From positions 576,001 through 640,000 of the forward strand of contig NZ_CP186926.1 of the NCBI RefSeq assembly GCF_049554935.1: DNA of 64,000 bases, in the 5' to 3' direction. This DNA is from Methanocaldococcus indicus. Lineage in GTDB: Archaea > AGJL01 > Methanococci > Methanococcales > Methanocaldococcaceae. A model generated the notes under the pieces. The model was not told the DNA's origin and ran no database searches. It worked only from the letters and a program-made list of their open reading frames with translations. The position numbers were made by a program, and so were the translations under genes. This document shows, in pieces, positions 11,110 through 19,535 of this stretch; within the stretch, counting starts at the first letter, position 1; each line of letters opens with the position of its first letter.

Positions 11110-11846
11110 TTATAAAAAATAAGAGAGTTAAATTTATTTTTATTTTTTGGACTATTTTTATATTTTTTGTAAGTATTAATTTTTTTATAACTATAAAAAA
11201 TATGTTTCATTTCTATAATACTCCAGGAATTTGTTTGTCTCCTGTTCTAATACTATTTTTAGGATTATTTTATTCAATTTTAGTTTGGATAATTTTAATG
11301 ATATTACATGTATTAATATTTAAACTAAGCATTTTTAAATTATTACCTTCTTTTTTATCTATATTTATATCTGGACTTATATATGAAAATAAAAAAAAAT
11401 ATGTATTATATATTCTAATTTTAGAATTAATAATTAGCTTATTTTTAAAATTAGAGCTATTTCCACTATTTGTTTTAGCAATTATATTAGTTTATAAATT
11501 TGATAACATAAAAATAAATTTATTCAATAAAAATTTAATTAAAAGAGTAATATATATTTTTGTTTTTGTATATCCTGCTATTCTAAGTTTTTATTTGTTT
11601 GAAAATTTTTCAAGTATATTAGAGATATTTGTCTATTCATTGCTATCCTTAGTTTTAATATTTATGATAACTGAGACAATTGTAATCTTTGTTAATAACA
11701 TTGACACCTTAAGAGAAAAGGTTATTAAATATAACAATAAAAATAAAGAAATAAAAATTGATGAAAATTTAGCAGAGAAATATAATGTTAAAGTTCCAAC
11801 TGAAGAAGAAATTTTAAAACAATTTAAAAATTTTAAGAAAAAATGA
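11106..11846 (+). CDS. Divergent paralog of the preceding membrane protein
   Basis: ATGA overlap with the upstream gene; hydrophobic; tail IDENLAEKYNVKVPTEEE resembles the upstream tail. Confidence 0.6.
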   Translation: MIIKNKRVKFIFIFWTIFIFFVSINFFITIKNMFHFYNTPGICLSPVLILFLGLFYSILVWIILMILHVLIFKLSIFKLLPSFLSIFISGLIYENKKKYVLYILILELIISLFLKLELFPLFVLAIILVYKFDNIKINLFNKNLIKRVIYIFVFVYPAILSFYLFENFSSILEIFVYSLLSLVLIFMITETIVIFVNNIDTLREKVIKYNNKNKEIKIDENLAEKYNVKVPTEEEILKQFKNFKKK

Positions 11847-12012
11847 AAAAAATAAAATAACATTTATTAAATTTTATATTTCAATTTATTTCAGATTTTA
11901 TTTTATATGGGCTTAATCTAATATCTAATTTAATTTTATTTATGAGTTATTATTTTATTTAATTTTTCACATTCAATGAACCTATTTAAATTAACATATA
12001 TGAGTGATTTTT

Positions 12013-14475
12013 ATGTCATTAACACCAATGATGAGACAATACTACAAAATTAAAGAGAGGTATAAAGATTGTCTATTATTTTTTAGAGTTGGAGATTTTT
12101 ATGAATTGTTTGATGAAGATGCTAAAATAGCATCTAAGGAATTAGGAATAGTTCTAACATCAAGAGATAAAAAACATCCAATGGCAGGAGTTCCTTATCA
12201 TGCAGTTATCCCTTATATTAGAAGGTTAATTGAGAAAGGTTATAAAGTAGCAATTTGTGAGCAAGTTGAGAATCCATCAACAGCTAAGGGTTTAGTTAAG
12301 AGGGAAGTTGTTAGGGTTATAACTCCTGGGACTTTAATAGAAGAGGAGTTTTTAACAAGAGAAAGTAATTATTTAATGTCAATATATAAAGATAAGAAGT
12401 ATGGAATTTCACTTATTGATATCTCAACTGGTGAGTTTTTAACAACAACAGTAAATACTTTTGATGAGTTAGTTGCTGAGATATTGAAGTTTTCTCCTGT
12501 TGAAGTTATATTACCAAGAGATTTTGATAATATAGATGAGATTAAAAAGTTAGTAGATGTTGTCCATCCATTAGTTGAGAACTATTATAATTTAGATGAA
12601 GCTAAATTTTTAATTGAAGAATTTATAAATAACAATAAAGAGTTGAATTTATCAAAGGAGAGCTTATTATCTGTTGGAGCAGCATTGAAATATATAAGTG
12701 AATCATTGAAAGTTAAGCATCTAAAACTATATCTTCAAACATACATAGCAAAGGAGTATATGCTCTTAGATTCCACTACTCTAAAAAATTTGGAAATATT
12801 TAAAAATTTAGTTGATAACTCTAAAAGAGGTTCTTTATTGGAGGTTTTAGATAAAACTAAAACACCGATGGGTTCAAGATTACTAAAAAAATGGTTACAG
12901 AGACCATTATTAAATGTTGAGCAAATAGAAAGAAGGTTAGAAAGTGTTGAAGAACTATACAACAAATCATTTTTAAGAGAAAATCTAAGAGAAATTTTAA
13001 AGGATATTTATGACATTGAAAGAATTGCAAGTAGAATAGAGTATGAAAGGGCATCTCCAAAGGATTTGGTTGCATTAAAAGATTCCTTAAAATTCATCAA
13101 AGAAATTAAAAAATTTAAATTTAATTCCAAAATGTTGAATAACATTGTTGAAAGTATAGAAAGTTTAGAGGATGTAGAAGAGTTAATAGAGAAAGCTATT
13201 GTAGATGACCCACCTATTAATATAAAAGATGGAGGAATAATAAAAGATAACTTCTCCAAAGAATTGGATGAATTAAGAGAATTAAAAAATAACTTAGAGA
13301 AGATTTTAAAAGATATTGAAGAAAGAGAAAGAGCTAAGACAGGAATAGAAAAATTAAAAATTGGATACAACTCAGTTATTGGATTTTATATAGAAGTGCC
13401 AAAATCTAAAATAAAGTTAGTGCCAAAATACTACAAAAGAAAACAAACATTGGCAAACTCAGAAAGATATAAGATAGATGAGTTAGATGAGTTAGAAGAG
13501 AAGTTATTGGCAAATGATGAAAAAATAAAAAATTTAGAGTATGAACTCTTTATTTATGTTAGAGATAAGGTTAAAGAAAAAGTAGAGGATATTAGAGAAG
13601 TAGCAAAAAAAATAGCTGAATTGGATGTTTTATCTACTTTTGCAGAAGTTTCTGTTCTTTACAACTATACTAAACCAAAGGTGTATAATGGATATACAAT
13701 AAATATTAAAGATGCAAGACATCCAACTGTTGAGCTAAATACTAAATTTGTCCCTAATGATATCATTTTAAAAAAAGATAGTAGGATTATTTTAATAACT
13801 GGCCCAAATATGGCTGGAAAATCAACATATTTAAGAACATCTGCATTAATAACAATTATGGCACAAATTGGATGCTTTGTCCCTGCTAAATCTGCTGTTA
13901 TTGGAGTTGTAGATAGAATATTTACAAGGATTGGGACAGTTGATGACATAACCAGAGGATACAGTAGTTTTATGGTTGAAATTTCAGAAGTAGCTCAAAT
14001 ACTCAAAAATGCTACAAGTAAAAGTTTAATTTTATTGGATGAGGTAGGTAAATCAACAGCCAATAAAGATGGTGTGAGCTTAGCTTGGGGAATTGTTGAG
14101 TATCTCCATAAATTGGGGGCAAAAACTTTATTTGCAACACACTATCATGAACTTTCAGAGTTAGAGGGAATCTTAGAAGGTGTTAAAAATTATCACTTTG
14201 GAATTATTGAAAAAGATGGCTTAATAGAGTTTGATAGAAAAATTAAGAGAGGAGCAAGTACTGAGAGTTATGGTATTAAAATAGCTGAATTAGTTTTACC
14301 AAAAGAAGTGATAGAGAGAGCTTATGAAATCTACAACAAATTAGAGAAATCCTCAGGAGATAATGAAATAGTTAGATATTTAGCACACTTAGATATAAAC
14401 AATTTAACTCCAATCCAGGCATTGGTTGAGTTAGATAAGTTAGTGAAAAAATGCAAGAAACTATTAAGAGAATAG
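12013..14475 (+). CDS. mutS: DNA mismatch repair protein MutS (bacterial-type MutS1)
   Basis: LTPMMRQY; FRVGDFYELF (mismatch-binding F-x-E); MAGVP; VAICEQ; TPGT; TPMGSRLL; ITGPNMAGKSTYLR; DRIFTR; SFMVE; ATHYHEL; SYGI; C-terminal D.NNLTP.QAL. Confidence 0.95.
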   Translation: MSLTPMMRQYYKIKERYKDCLLFFRVGDFYELFDEDAKIASKELGIVLTSRDKKHPMAGVPYHAVIPYIRRLIEKGYKVAICEQVENPSTAKGLVKREVVRVITPGTLIEEEFLTRESNYLMSIYKDKKYGISLIDISTGEFLTTTVNTFDELVAEILKFSPVEVILPRDFDNIDEIKKLVDVVHPLVENYYNLDEAKFLIEEFINNNKELNLSKESLLSVGAALKYISESLKVKHLKLYLQTYIAKEYMLLDSTTLKNLEIFKNLVDNSKRGSLLEVLDKTKTPMGSRLLKKWLQRPLLNVEQIERRLESVEELYNKSFLRENLREILKDIYDIERIASRIEYERASPKDLVALKDSLKFIKEIKKFKFNSKMLNNIVESIESLEDVEELIEKAIVDDPPINIKDGGIIKDNFSKELDELRELKNNLEKILKDIEERERAKTGIEKLKIGYNSVIGFYIEVPKSKIKLVPKYYKRKQTLANSERYKIDELDELEEKLLANDEKIKNLEYELFIYVRDKVKEKVEDIREVAKKIAELDVLSTFAEVSVLYNYTKPKVYNGYTINIKDARHPTVELNTKFVPNDIILKKDSRIILITGPNMAGKSTYLRTSALITIMAQIGCFVPAKSAVIGVVDRIFTRIGTVDDITRGYSSFMVEISEVAQILKNATSKSLILLDEVGKSTANKDGVSLAWGIVEYLHKLGAKTLFATHYHELSELEGILEGVKNYHFGIIEKDGLIEFDRKIKRGASTESYGIKIAELVLPKEVIERAYEIYNKLEKSSGDNEIVRYLAHLDINNLTPIQALVELDKLVKKCKKLLRE

Positions 14476-14927
14476 AAAAAATAATTTATGAGTTGGAAGA
14501 AATAAACAAAAATTTAGATAGTAGAGAGATAAGAGATGCAATAGAAAATTTAAAAATCTTTTTATATTCTAAAAAAATAGGTAATGAGAGCTTTTTACAT
14601 AGCTATGTTAGAGATAAATTATTAAAAAAATTTAAAGGAAGTGCATATATAGAAAGTAAAGAACTTAAACTAAATTTAAATTTTAGACCAGATATTGTTT
14701 TTTTAAATAAAGATGAGTTAATAATTGTAGAGATTGAAACAGATAAAAGAAGATGCCTAAAAAAGATGGAAAAAATATTTAAAAATTTAGACAAGGTTTA
14801 TTCTCTTCCAATATCAACAAATAGAAAAGTTAGAATTATTTTTGTAACTGAAAGAGATGAAAAAATTTTAAGAAAAGCTAAATTTTACAACTTTGAGGTT
14901 TTGGATATATATGAGGAAGGAAAATAA
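14451..14927 (+). CDS. Putative PD-(D/E)xK (restriction-endonuclease-like) protein with N-terminal helical extension
   Basis: ES.LH helix, RPDIV and IIVEIET spacing typical of the fold; overlaps the mutS 3' end by 25 nt. Confidence 0.6.
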   Translation: MQETIKRIEKIIYELEEINKNLDSREIRDAIENLKIFLYSKKIGNESFLHSYVRDKLLKKFKGSAYIESKELKLNLNFRPDIVFLNKDELIIVEIETDKRRCLKKMEKIFKNLDKVYSLPISTNRKVRIIFVTERDEKILRKAKFYNFEVLDIYEEGK

Positions 14928-15276
14928 AAAAATAAAAAAGATTGCTAAGGAAAGAATTGACATTTTAATGAGTTTAGCTGAGAAAGAGGCAAAAAGAGGA
15001 AACTGGGAGAGAGCTAAAAGATATGTGTATTTAGCAAGAAAAATAGCTATGAAAGTTAGAATAAAAATGCCTAAAAAATGGAAAAGAAGATTTTGCAAAA
15101 AATGTTTAACTTTCTGGATTCCTGGGAAGAATGTAAGAATTAGGATAAAATCTAAGAGGTATCCTCATGTTGTAATAACTTGTTTAGAGTGTGGTAAGAT
15201 TTATAGAATTCCATACATAAGAGAGAAAAAAGAAAAAAGAAATAAAAAGTTGGTAGAAGATAATAATATAGATTAA
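14911..15276 (+). CDS. rnp4: Ribonuclease P protein component 4 (Rpp21)
   Basis: IAKERIDIL, KRRFCKKC, VVITCLECG.IYRIPY. Confidence 0.93.
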   Translation: MRKENKKIKKIAKERIDILMSLAEKEAKRGNWERAKRYVYLARKIAMKVRIKMPKKWKRRFCKKCLTFWIPGKNVRIRIKSKRYPHVVITCLECGKIYRIPYIREKKEKRNKKLVEDNNID

Positions 15277-15332
15277 AGATTAAAGTTATAATAAATAATA
15301 TAAATTAAAGTATAAATTAAAGTTGATGTGTT

Positions 15333-15665
15333 ATGGCATGTATTGATAAATTGAACTATGAAATATTATATAAAGGTGGATTTAAAGATTGTGCAGAATA
15401 TATAAGAAAAAACTTTAAGAATATTGTAGAAAAGAAAGCTGGAGATGAAATAATAGAAGGAATATTTTTGATTGGAATATCTCCAATTCCAGTAGCTTAT
15501 GAAGATAACTATATTATATTTCCATACACAAAACCATGTTATGGAACCTTTGTTCTAAAAATTAATTTAGATGAACTAAATAAAAATATTAAAGAAGAAA
15601 ATAATGAAAATAAAAAAAGAAAAAAAGACAAAAAAAGTTTATTAGATATAATTAAATTTTGGTGA
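15333..15665 (+). CDS. DUF1894 family protein
   Basis: MACID, FKDCAEYI, IG..PIPV, PYTKPCYGTFVL. Confidence 0.8.
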   Translation: MACIDKLNYEILYKGGFKDCAEYIRKNFKNIVEKKAGDEIIEGIFLIGISPIPVAYEDNYIIFPYTKPCYGTFVLKINLDELNKNIKEENNENKKRKKDKKSLLDIIKFW

Positions 15666-15671
15666 TGTATC

Positions 15672-16118
15672 TTGATTTTAGTTATAGTAGGATGTCCAGA
15701 GCCACCTTTGTTAATTCCTTCAACATTATATTTAATTTCCCAATTAAAAAAAGAGAATAAAGAGATAGTAATAGCTGCTAATTTTTCAGCTATTAAACTG
15801 TTAGATATTGCTGATATTGATAAATACTATCTATCCAATGTAGGTGTTGTAAATATAGATAAAGGTCTAAAAATTATAAAAGAGCTAAATATTGATAAAA
15901 TTATAAGTTTTGTAAATAAAGATAGTGAAGTTTCATACACAATAACATATAAAGAATTGTTAAATGTTGATACTTATGCTATTGTATTTGGAAAATCCAT
16001 CAATGAAGATTTTATAAAAACTTTGGAAGAACATAACATTAAAGTATATTCTGCAAGAGCATATCATAATCCTATGCCAATTGTTAATATAATTGATAAA
16101 ATTGTTTTAGAGCTATAA
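15672..16118 (+). CDS. DUF1890 family protein
   Basis: GCPEPP, AAN.SA.KLL..AD, ARAYHNPMP; TTG start after GGTGA. Confidence 0.8.
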   Translation: MILVIVGCPEPPLLIPSTLYLISQLKKENKEIVIAANFSAIKLLDIADIDKYYLSNVGVVNIDKGLKIIKELNIDKIISFVNKDSEVSYTITYKELLNVDTYAIVFGKSINEDFIKTLEEHNIKVYSARAYHNPMPIVNIIDKIVLEL

Positions 16119-16120
16119 GT

Positions 16121-17446
16121 ATGAACATTGAAAATATAATTAAAAACATAAAAAATAATGAATATTTGAATAAAGAGCTTCTAACAAAAAATAATAAAAA
16201 TAAAGTATATTATGCTGTTAAACAACCTGATGGCAATTTAAAGGTTGTTATTCCTACTGTTTTCCAAAATAAAAACTTTTTAAAGTTAAAAAAGTACATA
16301 GATGGAATAGAAGGAGCAACACAAAGAGTTATTGAAGAGATAAAAAAAGAGATTATTAGTAAAAAAAGATTTATTAACTTAGCTGGATATTTTAGTAGGA
16401 GATATAGAGAGCTGTATGAACCTCTAACTGTTGTTAATTGTGATTTAAATATAGGCTATAATTTATGGAGAGTTGATAAATACAACTACATTAAGGAAGA
16501 TAAAATTTATCTCCTTTTAAGAATGATTTTTAAAGAAAAGGATGAGAAAGAAATAGCCAAAAAGATAGATTCTCTTTTGTTAGAGTTAAATCAATTCATT
16601 AAGAATATAGATATAAATATTTTAATTGAAGAAGCTAAGAATATCATTAATCAGAAGTATATTAGAGAAAATTTAGACAAATTGGGATTAGTTTGTTTTA
16701 TTGGAAATAACTCAAAACCTGCAAGAAAATATACAGAAGTGAGAAAACATTACAGAATAGCTGGACCTAAGGAAATAAATATTCCCTTTGTATGCCCAGA
16801 AGAATTAAATCCAATTGAAATAACTCCAAAATATGGAAAGGAAATAAAAGGGTTGGGAATAAAAAAGAAGGAAATTTTTATTATAACTGGGAGGAATGCA
16901 CAAGGAAAAACAACACTATTAAATGCTATTTACTCTGGACAAGATGACCATTTAATTGGGGATGGAAGAGAGTTTATAATTACAACAAAATCATTGGCAA
17001 GAGCTACAACTGGAAGTATGGAGATGACTGGACAAGATATTTCTTTATTTTTTGATAAACTACCTCCTGGTGTTAGAGGAACTCCAAAGTCAGTTTATGG
17101 AACAGCTTCTGGCTCTATGTATATGGCTTATCAAATACAGAGAGCTATAAAAAACAAAACAAAATTAATATTGATTGATGAAGATAACTCAGCTGTTAAT
17201 TTGTTGGTTTCAGGAGTTTTAAGTAAGTGGTTTGAAGGTGTAAGGAGTTTATCTGATATAATTATGGAAAATAGAGAGCTATTAGGAGAAAGTGCTTTTA
17301 TTATAGTTACAAGCTCTTTAGATTTCTTAACAGCTTTAGGAGATAGAGCAATATATCTTCAAGAGCATAAACCTTATTATTTAGATTTAGACAAATTTAA
17401 AAAAGAAGTTAAATCTTATTATTTAAAAAAGATTGAGAGGTTATAA
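16121..17446 (+). CDS. Predicted ABC-class P-loop ATPase (PF09818-like)
   Basis: ITGRNAQGKTTLL, DHLIGDGREF, ASGS, LILIDEDNSAVNLL. Confidence 0.8.
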   Translation: MNIENIIKNIKNNEYLNKELLTKNNKNKVYYAVKQPDGNLKVVIPTVFQNKNFLKLKKYIDGIEGATQRVIEEIKKEIISKKRFINLAGYFSRRYRELYEPLTVVNCDLNIGYNLWRVDKYNYIKEDKIYLLLRMIFKEKDEKEIAKKIDSLLLELNQFIKNIDINILIEEAKNIINQKYIRENLDKLGLVCFIGNNSKPARKYTEVRKHYRIAGPKEINIPFVCPEELNPIEITPKYGKEIKGLGIKKKEIFIITGRNAQGKTTLLNAIYSGQDDHLIGDGREFIITTKSLARATTGSMEMTGQDISLFFDKLPPGVRGTPKSVYGTASGSMYMAYQIQRAIKNKTKLILIDEDNSAVNLLVSGVLSKWFEGVRSLSDIIMENRELLGESAFIIVTSSLDFLTALGDRAIYLQEHKPYYLDLDKFKKEVKSYYLKKIERL

Positions 17447-17447
17447 A

Positions 17448-17882
17448 ATGATTACACTTATTGGCAGTAAGTTGGCTAAAACAGGAGAAGAATTTTTATA
17501 TGTTGGAGAATTAGATGAATGTGAAAAATGTAGATTTAAAAAATTATGTCATGGTAATCTTGAAAAAGGTAGGATATATAAGATAGTTTCTGTTAGGTCT
17601 TCAAATCATCCATGTCCAATTTTTGATGAAGGTGTTAAAGTAGTTGAGGTTAAATTAGCAAATTTAACTATTATGGTTGATGCTAAGAAGGCATTGGAAG
17701 GGATGACTTTACATTTTGAGCCTATAAAATGTGACAACTATGAATGCCCATATTATAAATATTGTTCTCCATCTGGAATATATGAAGGAGAAAAATTTGA
17801 AATAATAAAAGTTTTTAATGAAAAAATAAACTGTAAGAATAATAGAACACTGAAAAAAGTATTAATTGAACTTAAATTATAA
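17448..17882 (+). CDS. UPF0179 family protein
   Basis: MITLIGSKLAK.G.EF, C..C....C..NL..G, second Cys cluster. Confidence 0.85.
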   Translation: MITLIGSKLAKTGEEFLYVGELDECEKCRFKKLCHGNLEKGRIYKIVSVRSSNHPCPIFDEGVKVVEVKLANLTIMVDAKKALEGMTLHFEPIKCDNYECPYYKYCSPSGIYEGEKFEIIKVFNEKINCKNNRTLKKVLIELKL

Positions 17883-18221
17883 CATTGCCTTAATTTTTTC
17901 AGCTGCTCTTCTAATTATAATTCTTATTAATCCTAAATTAACTTTTTCTTCTGTTAATACCACCAATATTGCTTCTCCAGCATCTACCATAAGTATTTTT
18001 CCATGTTCTCCTTCTATCATTGCTTGGTATAAATTACCCATTCCTACTTCTGATACTGTTCTTTCAGCTGCTCCATAAGCAGCTGATGTCATAGCTCCTA
18101 CTAATTCAGCATCAATATTTCCAGGTAGTTGTGAAGCAATAACTAATCCATCTTTTCCTACTACTAAACTACCATTAATACCTTCTGTTTTATTTACTTC
18201 TATTAGTATTTTTTCTATCAT
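17877..18221 (-). CDS. Roadblock/LC7 (MglB-like) domain protein
   Basis: GINGSLVVGKDGLVIAS, ELVGAM, IEGEHG, NLGLIR. Confidence 0.9.
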   Translation of the reverse strand: MIEKILIEVNKTEGINGSLVVGKDGLVIASQLPGNIDAELVGAMTSAAYGAAERTVSEVGMGNLYQAMIEGEHGKILMVDAGEAILVVLTEEKVNLGLIRIIIRRAAEKIKAML

Positions 18222-18273
18222 TTATTACACCATTAGTATATTTAAATAATATAGACTTTTGTTTTGTAAATTA

Positions 18274-19041
18274 TTAATTTATATCATTTTTTAACTCATT
18301 TATATAATTATCTATTTTCTTGTTAAGATTGTCAATAATGTCAATAGCTCTATCAATATTTCCAGGAGACTGTTGCATAACTAATTCTTTTACTTCTTTA
18401 ATTCCATCATATATTTCTTTTATCATCTTTAAGAAATCAATAACTTTAATTCCTCCAATTTCTACTATTTCTTTGACTTTTTTATAGATAATATCTATAT
18501 GCTCAACAGTAATATCAACTTTTTTATCCAGTATATCTAATTTGTCATTGTACTGTTTAATTGCACTAATAACTTCATCAATTTTATTTATAATCTCTTC
18601 TTTGGCAGAATCATAGACAACTTTAACCTTTTCAACAATTTTATTTATATCTTCTTCAGGAATATGATTATTTTTAGTGATATTTTCTAATTTTTCTAAT
18701 ATTTTATTTAGTAGATTAATCATATCATTGAAATTTTTGTCTGTTTTTCCTAAGGATTCAATTAATTTATCAAGTTTCTCATTCAAATGTTTTAATTCAG
18801 AAATTACACTATCATCTAACTTTATCTGAAATTGTTCTTCTTTTGGATGTAGTGTTTTTTCACCCTCTTGTATGTCTAAAGTTTGTTCATTTTCTTCTTC
18901 TAATTTATTACTATCCAAGTCATTTTCATTATTTTCATTTTCAGTCTCTTCTTTATTTTCTTCTTTATTGTTATATTTTTTGTATAATTTTTGACTTAGT
19001 TCCTCAAGTTTTTTAGCTTTCTCTAATAGTCTTGTAGTCAT
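18274..19041 (-). CDS. Coiled-coil hypothetical protein with acidic low-complexity linker
   Basis: Heptad-rich helical sequence; E/N-rich segment near the N-terminus. Confidence 0.75.
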   Translation of the reverse strand: MTTRLLEKAKKLEELSQKLYKKYNNKEENKEETENENNENDLDSNKLEEENEQTLDIQEGEKTLHPKEEQFQIKLDDSVISELKHLNEKLDKLIESLGKTDKNFNDMINLLNKILEKLENITKNNHIPEEDINKIVEKVKVVYDSAKEEIINKIDEVISAIKQYNDKLDILDKKVDITVEHIDIIYKKVKEIVEIGGIKVIDFLKMIKEIYDGIKEVKELVMQQSPGNIDRAIDIIDNLNKKIDNYINELKNDIN

Positions 19042-19155
19042 ACAACTACCCCCTATACATACATCATGTAGTAACCAATAACATATTATTATATAATTTC
19101 AGCATATATTAAATAAAATTTTGTGTTTGTATTTATGTATGTAATGATGATAACT

Positions 19156-19530
19156 ATGTTAAAAACACTACCACCAACACTAAGAGAAAAAAAAAGATAT
19201 ATTGCTTTTAAAATTATATATGAAGAAGAACTGTCAGAGGGGGAAGTTGTTAATCTTATTAGAAAAGCTGTTTTAGAGTACTATGGACAATGGGGAACAT
19301 CTAAATCAAATCCTTGGTTAGTTTTTTACAAATATCCTTATGGTATTGTTAGATGCCAAAGGGATAATGTTGATTTTGTAAAAACATCTTTAATTTTAGT
19401 TAATAAGTATAAAGATAAACCAATAAATATTATTTGTTTAGGAGTTTCTGGAACAATAAGGAAAGCTAAAATAAAGTTTTTAAAAATTAAACCTGTGAGA
19501 TGGTTTATTTTAAAAAGATTGAAAAAGTGA
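19156..19530 (+). CDS. rnp2: Ribonuclease P protein component 2 (Pop5)
   Basis: LPPTLREKKRYIAF, GIVRC, GVSGTIRKA. Confidence 0.93.
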   Translation: MLKTLPPTLREKKRYIAFKIIYEEELSEGEVVNLIRKAVLEYYGQWGTSKSNPWLVFYKYPYGIVRCQRDNVDFVKTSLILVNKYKDKPINIICLGVSGTIRKAKIKFLKIKPVRWFILKRLKK

Positions 19531-19535
19531 TAACC

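Noticed and set aside
15272-15322. ATTAAAG four times, including a tandem TATAAATTAAAG pair, between rnp4 and DUF1894
   Set aside because: Low-complexity AT-rich words that cannot be told apart from local slippage.
15655-15680. DUF1894 TGA is in frame with DUF1890 (W-TGA-C-I-L), suggesting a selenocysteine read-through fusion in a selB-containing genome
   Set aside because: The TGA is part of the GGTGA SD for the TTG start at 15672. No GC-rich SECIS hairpin is visible nearby, and the two families normally occur as separate proteins.
19056-19143. 9-bp inverted repeat TACATACAT/ATGTATGTA flanking a divergent promoter
   Set aside because: Short and low-complexity, plausible by chance in this composition.
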